A stretch of DNA of 64,000 nt. Origin: the human T2T-CHM13v2.0 reference genome, Homo sapiens. The translations under genes and the position numbers were made by a program. Positions 54,256-64,000 of this stretch are shown one piece after another; positions within the stretch are counted from its first letter, which is position 1, and every line of letters starts with the position of its first letter. The stretch lies in NCBI RefSeq assembly GCF_009914755.1, contig NC_060936.1. The stretch is one strand, 5' to 3'. The notes below the pieces were generated by a model that saw only the letters and a program-made list of their open reading frames with translations, was not told the DNA's origin and did not search any database.

Positions 54256-54923
54256 CTCTCTGAAAGAAAACCACAGAGTATAAGGGCTAGAAAAAAAAAT
54301 CAATTGTTTAATCCATCCTCATTTTATAATTGAGAAATAAATTATGTGGTGAATACTGATATTAGGTGATGTCCTAATATCCTCTCCCTTATGAGAAATA
54401 GCAGTGTAGTTTTTGTAATTGACCTCACATGAAAAGTAGAATCTGATTTCTTAAGAGAAAATCACTCCTCCTATCAGAGATTCTTCTGGAGTCTGCTAGT
54501 GGGCATTTCAGAAAAGAGGAATGTTAGCGTTTTCTGGAAAAAAATCTATATTATTTCTGAAATAAAAGAGAGGGAATACCATGCTCCCTCTTCTTCTTAA
54601 ATGAGTGTGGGAAAATGTTCTTTTGCTTTTGTTGGTAGTTAGTTTTCAATTATGATGGGAGTCATCCTAAAGACAAATCTACATACAAAACAAAACAGTA
54701 ATACCAAGAGAGAAGAGAGAAAAGGAACTAGAACCCTGAACAAACTGAATGGTGCTGACTCAAGTCCACTTTCAAATTCCCAGATACAAGTTAATGAACT
54801 CTATTTTGTTTTTTAAGCCACTGTGAGCTGATTTAAAATTGCCAACACAATTGGTGTAGCATCATTTTACTTGCATTTTTAATTCAATATTAACTGAGCT
54901 CTTACTGTGCACTAGATACTGTC

Positions 54924-55282
54924 TGTATTAGTCTGTTTTCATGCTGCTGATAAAGGCATACCTGAGACAGGGTAATGTATAAGGAAAAGAGGTTTAATGC
55001 ATTCACAGTTCCATGTGGCTGGGGAGGCCTCATAATCATGGCAGAAGTTGAAAGACACATCTCACATGGCAGCAGACAAGAAAAGAGAACTTGTGCAGGG
55101 AAACTGCTCTTTATAAAACCATCAGATCTCGTGAGACTTATTCACTATCACAAGAACAGCATGGGAAAGACATGCCCCCATGATTCAATTATCTTCCACC
55201 GGGTCTCTCTCATGACACATGGGAATTGTGGAAGCTACAATTCAAGATGCGATTTGGGAGGGGACACAGCCGAATCACATCA
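54924..55282 (-). mobile_element. THE1B-like solo LTR inserted in a MIR (~54880-55440)
   Basis: tgtattagtctgttttcatgctgctgataaag...gggacacagccgaatcacatca; TSD ctgtc/ctgtt. The MIR continues tattattatacccattgtttacagacaaggaaa. Confidence 0.92.
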
Positions 55283-55793
55283 CTGTTCCAAATAATTTTT
55301 TTGTCGAATCTTATTTTTTTCCCACAAAAAAACTATTATTATACCCATTGTTTACAGACAAGGAAATCAAAATGTTGAACAGTTAAGTCACTGCTGAGGT
55401 GGCCAGTTAGGAAGGGATAGAATTGGGATCTGAAATTCCCTGAAGACGTCGGATCTATATTGGTTATGGAGCTTCCTGCTGTCCACCCAACATGACACTA
55501 TACCGAGAATAAAATAGTATCATAATATGAAGAAAATGACAGTAATTATATTAATATAAACTTTCTGTCTCTCAAGGAACTTATTGTGATGTTATGTAGA
55601 ACCATGGGGAAATATTCAGTTATTTTACTTATGCATTTAAATTCCCTGAGAGGAGACTATAATTGAAAGTGAGAAAAATCTTGCATTTACTTAAAATGCA
55701 ATAGATGCTTTTATATAGTGCCAGCATCTATGCTCCCACACGAATTGCTGTTTTGTGACTCAGGAACAGCTGGACATGAAGTAAATTAAAAAG

Positions 55794-55831
55794 CTGCATT
55801 CTGCATTCTGCATTCTGCATTCTGCATTCTG
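55794..55831. repeat. (CTGCATT)5.4 heptamer tandem repeat
   Basis: Five perfect copies plus ctg. Confidence 0.95.
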
Positions 55832-56479
55832 GGAAGTGAGGGGCTTCATTGAGTTGAGGTTTAATTTTGGAGTATTAGTAACAAGGGGGAAAAACAAATC
55901 AACACCAAGCAGGGTCAGCTTCAAAATGGTGATGTGGTGAGTCCAAGAAGGAGTCACCATGTGAACACATGAAAGAGTTCTGGAAACTGGGTTGTGAGAA
56001 AACAGAAAACAGAAAACAGACTGCTCAGCCATAAATAAGGCATTAGAGCTAGTTCTGGGCAATTCTAGCAACAGGGTCATTAATGTAGTTTGATTTAATT
56101 GGTTTTACAGGCAGACTAAAGCCAGGAGGTAGGATTCACATGTGCCAAAGTCAATCCTATGTAATCATTTTAAACTACTGTTTCCAGACTTATTGAATCA
56201 AGAAACTCGCAAGAAGTATTGGTTAAAATAAAAGTTTCCTAGGTCTTCCTCTGTAGAGCGTCACACAGTGAGTATCAGATAGGTAGAAATATTTGAATTT
56301 TAAACAAAAATCCATAATAATGAATTTTGAAGACTGGCAATTTAGGAAACACTGATTTTAGACAAATCGAATCACAGAAAAATCATGGTCATAACTATAA
56401 AATGGAGGATAGAACTTCAATCAGTTCAATGGAGATTTGTGTATTACTCCTTTTAGTTTGGAAACATACAACTTCCATT

Positions 56480-57020
56480 CATGAGATATTTATTGACTAC
56501 TAACTACATGATAGCCATTGTACTATGTGTGGAAATTTAATAATGGAGAAATTGTGGCTGCTCTCCCCAGAAGTGTTTAATCTATAGAAGAAATAAACAA
56601 GTCAATAGTCAATTACAATACTCTTTGACGAATACAATGTTAATTAAACAGTATCACAGTAGCAAATAGAACAAGCTTGTAACCTAAATTTAGGAAGCCA
56701 TGCCTAAATTGAGAATTGAAAGGCAACTGGGAATAAATGGAGCATTGCACAAAAACTGAAGAAGTCGTACCATGGGGTAAAGCATCATTTGAGGTGGGGG
56801 CAAAGTCGTGAGCAGTAGGCAGGAGAGGTACATAGGAAAAAGGTGGTAAAGGCTCTGCACAAGGAGTATGCAGAGTCACTAAAGAAATTTAAGTAAGGCA
56901 GTGACATAATGAGATTTTTTGTTCTAGAAGGAATAGTGACTACAAAGGGGAGGGTGAGAGTAGCCAAAGAGGTCATTTAGGGAGCTAGAGCAGTAATTTA
57001 GCCTTTGATGATAGACACCT
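56480..57020 (-). mobile_element. L2 fragment
   Basis: atatttattgactactaactacatgatagccattgtacta...aaagaaatttaagtaaggcagtgacataatgagattt...ggagctagagcagtaatttag. Confidence 0.6.
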
Positions 57021-57352
57021 GTTGCATTAGCTTTCTTTTGCTATCTAATATTGCCACAAATGTAGTGGCTTTAAATAACACATAACTATTTCTGTGGTTT
57101 AGGAGTCTGAACATGGCTTAGCTGGCTTAGAGTCTTACATGGTTGCAATCAATGTGTCAACTAGGACTGTGTTGTCATTTGGAGGCTACGAAGGGAAGGA
57201 TTTGCTTCCCCACTTTCATAGTTGTTGGCCACCCTTAGTTCCTTGTGGTTGTAGAGCCAAGAACTTCAGTTTTTGCTGACTTTTGGCCGGAGGCCACCCT
57301 CAGCTCCCAGAAGCTACCAGCATGTCCTTGCTATGTGGAGATCCCCAATGTA
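57020..57352 (-). mobile_element. Truncated MLT1E/F-like LTR
   Basis: gccacaaatgtagtggctttaaataacac...gaacatggcttagctgg...ttggccggaggccaccctcagctcccag. Confidence 0.7.
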
Positions 57353-58584
57353 ACTGGGGTGGTAGGAGCATCTTCAGATGTGTCCACCACACCTGAGTTA
57401 AGAAAAGGCTAGTAGGGATGAAGAAGTAGATGAGTTTTAGCTATATTAGACGGTGTTGGACAAGATTACATTGTTTGCATCAATTACCAGTACAATTGGG
57501 TCACTTAAGAACCTGCATCATATTTACTAAACTGAAAAACAAAAACATCAAGACCTTGCCTTTGGGGAAAAAATTGGCTCTGCAAATTCTGGTATTATAT
57601 AGAATAATTGTCTTCGCTACCATGCAATGATTATAAATTAGGTGTTTGTTCTAAGTAGAGAAATAGTCTTGGGAGGAAAATTCCACCCTATGGACAGTGA
57701 GTTTGAAGATATTATTTAATTACCAAGAAAAAATACTCAAAGAATGACATCCTTTACCAGCAGCAGTAACAGCAGGCATGAGTCAGAGTCTTGGCACATG
57801 AGCAGATGCTCAAGCCCTGAAACTTCACTTGTAAGCAGTTGAAACCAAGCACATCATTTCAACATGTCACAGTTATTTGACATTTCAGGAGAAAGATTAC
57901 CAATTAGTTTAAGTAATTTAGCCAAAACCTTAGGAAATTTTTTCACATTATTTCCACCTTGTAGCATTATCGTGTGTCTCCAATTTCTACTTTTCCTATA
58001 TACTTCCCAAGTGTGTTATTCAGGGAGATCCAAAGCCTGTTCAAATAGTTCACGGAAATCCCATAAGCTCCAGCAGTATCCTGGGTAGGTAATAGGACTA
58101 AATTAGGAATCTTTCATTTATCTTCAGTGCTGCAAGTTCAGATTCTCAAGTGTTGATCTGATTGCAAAATATTCCCTGCAAAATGTTCCTTGACAGTCAC
58201 ACAGGTCAAGTATTATTTTAAACTACAATCCCACATTATTGTTACTATACAAGAATACAAATGGTCATTTCTGGATATTGGCATTGCTGGATGATGTAAA
58301 TTTGAACTTTAAATGTATTCTTGGTCACAATGTGTTCCATCAGACATGTAAATTGAATTGGCCCACATGAGCACCACCCCAGCAGGTGAGTTTAAACTGA
58401 AGACAGAATGCTGCCCACTGGCATGTTGGCACTATACAGAGCAGCTGCCAAATAGCTTTGTGCTTGCTTCTCTTGTTAGAGTTTTATTTTCTCCAGCTTG
58501 TTGTTCCCTCAGGCAAGACACATGGGCAAGGAAAGCAAGAGATGCTTTTAGTCTCCAAGAGTAAATTAGACTATAAAGTAATAA

Positions 58585-58705
58585 TCGATACAACTAATCA
58601 AATAATTATAAGAATGTAATTAATTATAATACTAAATACTAATAATGATCAATATAATAATTATAATTGTTATAATAATATAGCTAACAATAATAATAGC
58701 TAATG
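58585..58705. repeat. AT-rich (TAA)n-like low-complexity tract
   Basis: aataattataagaatgtaattaattataatactaaatactaataatg... Confidence 0.75.
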
Positions 58706-60039
58706 TTTTGATAGTATATATGGACAAGTCAGGATGTTGAGGTAGTTAGCCACTCTAAACTTTTTCTTATCCACATTTTAGAAAAGAAACTGAAGCTTGG
58801 ACCTATTCAAATATTTTATCCAAAGGATCTCACTCCTGTCAGAGGCAGAATGCACATTCAATTGTATCTTCTTTGAAGTTCCTTGAAGTTTTTAAATATA
58901 CATATATGCCCAATTTTATTCTAAAGGTGTGGGAAAAAATAAAACCATAACAATCTGAATATACTGCTGGTTAAAATAAAAGAGAATAATTTTGAAGAAA
59001 AAATATATTTAAGATGCAGTTCTTATTGTTCATAATTTTATGCTATCGCTAAAATATGGCATTGATGTAATAGAAATCACAATTAAAACAAGAGTGCTAT
59101 CTCCCATTCTGTAACATGGACAAATGGATCTGGTGTCCTGTAACTAGTTTAGTTATTCATTCTTTTTATTTTTCTATGGTGTATTATTTCCTTTAAAGGT
59201 CTAAGATGATATATTTCCCAGGGTTTAAAAATAAGTTTCATCTATTGGGTTGATTTCACCTTGCCCTTCTTTGTTTTCACCCCTAATACACAGCGCACAA
59301 TGGTCTCTTTATTCATATCTGTGGAAAAGAACACTTACTGGTAGAACTGATACCTCCTAATCTCAATGAAGTCTAAGCCAGCAGCACTCCAGCGATGATT
59401 TTCTTTTTCCTTTTTTTCTTTGCTTGAATTCTGGACACATAATCATGCCATTATAAATACTGCCTATGGGATATGAGAAAGCGAAGTCATTTGTGTGCTA
59501 CACCAACTGACATACCAGATGACATCCAACTGCGTAACATTCAGGCCGGTAAAACAAACAGAAACTATGATGAAGCTTCCATGCATGCAGGAGAATTGCA
59601 AGCATATGCTTGCCATGCCTTTCTTAATCAAACATGCTCAGATTATTCTAAGTATTTTATGTATTATGTTCCACTCAGAACACTACAGTGAGTGTGAGGC
59701 ATAGGGTAAATACACAGAAAGTGTATGATGTTGGGGAAGTGAGGACAACTTGCTCTGTGAAATGATCGCCTATCTTTCTTCTCTCTTTTTATCATTTTTT
59801 TCTCATTCCCTACATACTGAGAACTTGGCTAACTAATCTGCAATATTATCTCAAGTTGAAAGTGAAATCAATGCTTACCACATATCTACATATCCCTCCA
59901 AAGACCTCTCCTCTTCTTTTCCTTTTCTCTTCTTCACTCTTGGATAATCTAATGGTCCACAGTACAGTGGGGAAATATTGTACCCATTATCATTTCAATA
60001 CAGTTAATGAAAGAAGGACAGAGCTCTGCAGAGAAAATG

Positions 60040-60650
60040 ATGATGCCACTTATTAAGTTATTGTCTCTCACCTCCAAACCCACGTCTCCAGCTTTGCTTT
60101 GTGATGGGACTCTGCAAACAATTTTCTTATACACAATCTACTGCCATGCTTAGTTTGACAATGTGGAGTGCTAAAAAGGAAACTGCTGTGTGGAGGAGGA
60201 GAAAAAGATTTTCTCTTTCTTGGTTCTCTGTTGGCTCCTGATGGGCTTACTGAGTACTATGGTTCCTGGCAGAGGAAAATGGTTCCTGACTTCTTCACCC
60301 TGACAGAGGCAAATCCTTCTCATTGAAGGATAGAAGACTGAGAAGCTAGAGATAGAAAAGGAAACACGCTCCTTCCATGGGTCCCCTTTGTGCTTCTTGT
60401 GGGATTCCTGTCTGCTTTGGTGTTGGGGGAGCATCAATTCAGCAACACATCTCAACCCCAGCAGAGGCAGTTCCTTCCCATAACAGCAACTGAATCCAGT
60501 TTTCAGCTTTCCCAGCACAGAATCAGCTTCATTGATACCAACACCATCTGACTGGCACCCCCTCCCCAAAAGTCTGGGTTGCAGCCCCATGGGACCCTCT
60601 TCTCAGCTCAGAGATGGCAGCACCAGCTGAATAGCACCCTTTCTTCAGAG
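60040..60650 (+). mobile_element. LTR41-like ERVL LTR
   Basis: ttattgtctctcacctccaaacccac...ctttgctttgtgatg...ggagtgctaaaaggaaactgc resembles the recalled LTR41 5' region. Right boundary uncertain. Confidence 0.5.
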
Positions 60651-62049
60651 AGGTGTGGCATGTCAGATCCTATCTTGCCAAGGGCCATGAGAAATATGAC
60701 TGAATGACAAGTTAACAGACTCTCTCCAAAAGCTCTAAGGAACTTCAAGCTTTTGTGGAGTGTTCTAATAGAGCAGATGGGAGATGTGGGTCATAGCTTT
60801 AAAACTGGATAATTAGTTTTTCAGATGCCCTTAGTTGAGCGTTTTTGGACTCTATTTTTAGAGCCTGTTTTATTGCTGCCTTCACTAATTTTAACTGCTT
60901 TTTTTCTAAGAGCTTATATATCTTCGAAGGTCAATATAGTAAGCTTGTAGAGGGTAGGGTACTTCTATTTTGTATGCTCAGTACATTGACAGTACTTAAT
61001 ATGTCTGAAATGAAGACAACAAAGGGATAGCTTGGCTTCTGATGTATTTCCTGATTTGTGTGTCGTGAACAGCAGGTTGCCAGAAAGGTTCTACGTACAG
61101 TGTATAGAGAGATAGGATTGTCCCAAAGGAATAGAATGGTAACTTAATAACAACCTTAATTTACAGTGTCAGCAGGGGAGAAAATGTAAGTAGCAGCAAG
61201 AAATGGCAAATTGCAGCTCTATAGGGCAAAGGGAAAAAAGAACCAAACAAAATTTTAAAAAACCAAGAAACTCAGGAGAGTTCTACTAAGATTGCTATAG
61301 TACAGCCTTCTTAAAACAGCACTCTCTAGGGCCTGCCTATTGGCATCATTAATATCATAAGCTTGGAATAGATGCTGTGAAACCCTATGAAGCTACCAAA
61401 GAATGAGGAAAACTGAAGGGATGAATAATACAATGAAAACACAGAAGTCCTAAGCTTATGAGGCTATTTATTCCGCAGCAATTTCATCACAGAGCGAGCA
61501 GATCACTTTTCCAGTGCCTTAAATCAAACAGCAGGTATCTACAGCCTCAAAGTAAAAAGTATTAAGTATTAACCAACTTTCAGATTTGAGACATTGCAGA
61601 GGCAGAGATGGAAGATTTCTCAGGATGGTTTCTCTCCCACTTTTTTTTTTTTTTTTGCTTTCTTTACCTTCATATCTTCAAACTTGATAGTAATAAAATT
61701 TGGTACCATATCTTTCCTATGTGGATGTCATTGTTATCTTTCCTGTGAAGAACAGAACAGTTCTCATATGAGTCATGGCCTAAGTTTTAGTCCAAACCAA
61801 TGTAAGTATTTTGGAAATGTTTACATTGAAGACACTTCTGTTGCTTTTTTTTTATTAATAGAAGTATAAAATAGAGACTCAAAATCAAGACAAAGGAGGC
61901 TAAGGTATTTTTAATTTCTCTTTATAAATCAAAATCTCAAGGAAGTATTAGCATTAGTTCTGGAGAAGTCTCCAGAGGAAAGTATCCTGGACCTCAGATT
62001 CATAAGATCATAAAATCTCAGTATTGGAAGAGAACCAAAAGGTCATCTA

Positions 62050-62266
62050 TACAAGAAAACAGCAAGCTTTTTCTATAAAGAGCCAGTTAATATTTTAGGC
62101 TTTGGGTGTCACAGTATCTGCCATAATATTCAACCCTACCATTGTAGCTTGAAAGCAGTGTATACAATATATGGAGCATGGTGAGGTTCCAATAAAATTT
62201 GATTTACAAATATAGGCAGAGAGATAGATTTGGCCAATGGGTTTTGGTTTTGCCACCGATGATCTA
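62050..62266. mobile_element. MER58A-like hAT MITE
   Basis: cagcaagctttttctataaagagccag...atattttaggctttg...gttccaataaaatttgatttacaaa...gatttggcc...tttgccacc. Confidence 0.75.
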
Positions 62267-62349
62267 GACTATCCAGCTATGAGAAGGAAAAAAAAAAAAA
62301 AAAAAAAAACGAAGGAAAACTTCTTTAAGATGAAACTCAAAATATGTCT

Positions 62350-63000
62350 GCCAGTATTGAAAACAGCATGGAGGAACTTCAAAAAATTAAAAACAGAACT
62401 AAAATATGATCCAGCAATCCCACTACTGAGTATATGTCCAGAGGAAATGAAATCAGTATGTTCAGTATGTTAAAGAGATATCTGCACTCCCACGTTCACT
62501 GCAGAAGTATTCACAGTAGCTAAGATAAAGAATCAACCTTAGTGTCTGTCAATGGATAAATGAGTAAAACAAATACTATATATATATACACACACACATA
62601 AGCACATATGTATGTATATACACATACACACAACAAAATACTATTCAGCATTAAAAGAAAAAATCCTGTCATTTGTGACAACATGGATGAACCTATAAAC
62701 ATTACATTAAGTGAAATAAGCCAGACACAGAAAGACCAATAGCACATGATCTCACTTAAATGTGAAATCCAAAAAAGGGGAACTCATTGAAATAGAGAGT
62801 AGAATGGTATCTACTCTCTACTGGGGCTGGGTTAGGAAGTAGTGGGTTGCAAAGATGTTGGTCAAAATATATAAAATTTCAGTTATGCTAGATGAACAAG
62901 TTCAAGAGGTTGATTATGCAACATGGTGACCATAGTTAATAACAATGCATTTTGAAAACCACTTAGAGAATAGACTTTAAGGGTTCTCACTACAAAAAAA
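62350..63000 (+). mobile_element. L1MA-type LINE-1 3' end with an internal (TA/CA)n
   Basis: tgatccagcaatcccactactgag...gagatatctgcactcccacgttcactgcag...gtgaaataagccagacacagaaagac...gttctcactacaaaaaaa. Confidence 0.88.
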
Positions 63001-64000
63001 TGTGTCCCCACCCAAATCTCACCTTGAATTGTAAACCCCATAATCATCATGGATCATGAGAGGTACGTGGTGGGAGGTAATTGAATCATGATGGTGGTTT
63101 CTGCCATGCCATTCTTGTGATAGCAAGTGAGTCTCATGAGATCTGATGATTTTATAAAGGTCTATCATTTTCCTTACTGACATTCTCTGTCCTGCTGCCC
63201 TTTGAAGAGGTAAGTTCTGCCATGATTGTAAGTTTCCTGAGGCCTTCCCAGCTGTGCAGAACTGCTAGTTAATTAAATCTCTTTTCTTTATACATTACCC
63301 AGTCTCAGGTATTTCTTCATAGCAGCATGAGAACAGACTAATATAGTAAATGGGTGTATTAGTCTTTTTTCACACTGCTAATAAAGACATACCTGAGACT
63401 GGGTAATTTATAAAGAAAAAGAGGTTTAATTGACTCACAGTTCACATGGCCGAGGAGGCCTCACAATCATGGCGTAAGGCAAAGAAGGAGCAAAGTCATG
63501 TCTTACATGGTGACAGGCAAGAGAGAGCATGTGCAGGGGAACTCACTTTTATAAAACCATCAGATCTCATGAGACTTACTCACTATCACAAGAACAGCAC
63601 AGGAAAGACCCACCCCATCATGATTCAGTTACCTCCTATCAGGTCCCTCCTATGATGTACGGGAATTATGGGAGCAACAATTCAGGATGAGATTTGGGTG
63701 GGGACACAACAAAACCACATCAATTGGTGCTGAGGTAGTGGGGTGCTGCTGTAAAGATACCCGAAAATATGGAAGTGACTTTGGAACTGGGTAATAGGCA
63801 GAGTTTGGAAGAGTGTGGAGGGCTCAGAACAAGACAGAAAGGTGAGGGAATGTTTGGAATTTCCTAGAGACTTGATGAATGGTTTTGACCAAAATGCTGA
63901 TAGTGATATGGAAAATGAAGTCCAGGCTGAAGTAATCTCAGATGGAGATGAGGAACTCTTGGAAACTAGAGCAAATGTGACACACACTATGCTTTAGTAA
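63001..64000 (+). mobile_element. THE1C/D-like provirus: 5' LTR (63001-63345, first ~14 nt missing) plus THE1 internal sequence running off the window
   Basis: The LTR ends gaacagactaatata. The internal sequence begins gtaaatgg and resumes at 63723 attggtgctgaggtagtggggtgctgctgtaaagatacccgaaaa. ORF 63815-63997 (LEFPRDLMNGFDQNADSDMENEVQAEVISDGDEELL) is the MaLR internal ORF. Confidence 0.9.
63355..63722 (-). mobile_element. THE1B-like solo LTR nested in the THE1 provirus
   Basis: tgtattagtc...gggacacaacaaaaccacatca; TSD atggg (63350-63354) / attgg (63723-63727). Confidence 0.92.

Noticed and set aside
59598-59613. Perfect 16-bp palindrome gcaagcatatgcttgc
   Set aside because: About one 8-bp-arm palindrome is expected by chance in 64 kb, and there is no supporting context.
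60171-60590. 139-aa minus-strand ORF
   Set aside because: Lies in LTR41-like sequence, with no recognisable domain or coding-like composition.

Overview
AT-rich mammalian genomic DNA from a catarrhine primate, probably a hominoid (it carries Alu J/S, L1PA2-type LINE-1, THE1 and HERV-H). I find no credible host protein-coding exon, RNA gene or CpG island; the window is intergenic or deep intronic and dominated by transposable elements. Every ORF with recognisable protein similarity is a broken LINE-1 ORF2, ERV-L pol or HERV-H gag/pol fragment. The centrepiece is a nested stack at 33.2-42.6 kb. An old L1PA15/16-type element is split by a 5.6-kb two-LTR HERV-H provirus (minus strand, LTR7 type, His PBS, intact major splice donor) and by a FLAM/Alu monomer, which is itself split by a young L1PA2-type element. 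The most unusual structures read directly from the sequence are: an L1 insertion flanked by an 88-bp target-site duplication with a short non-L1 segment before its poly(A); a THE1 solo LTR inserted antisense into the PBS region of another THE1 provirus, creating a ~350-bp-arm inverted repeat; a duplication-plus-inversion with a template-switch signature at 4.65/5.34 kb; a perfect 3x46-bp tandem repeat; and several hairpin-forming substitutions. I do not see evidence for a wholly new biological system. Repeat subfamily names come from my recall of consensus sequences, not from a RepeatMasker run.
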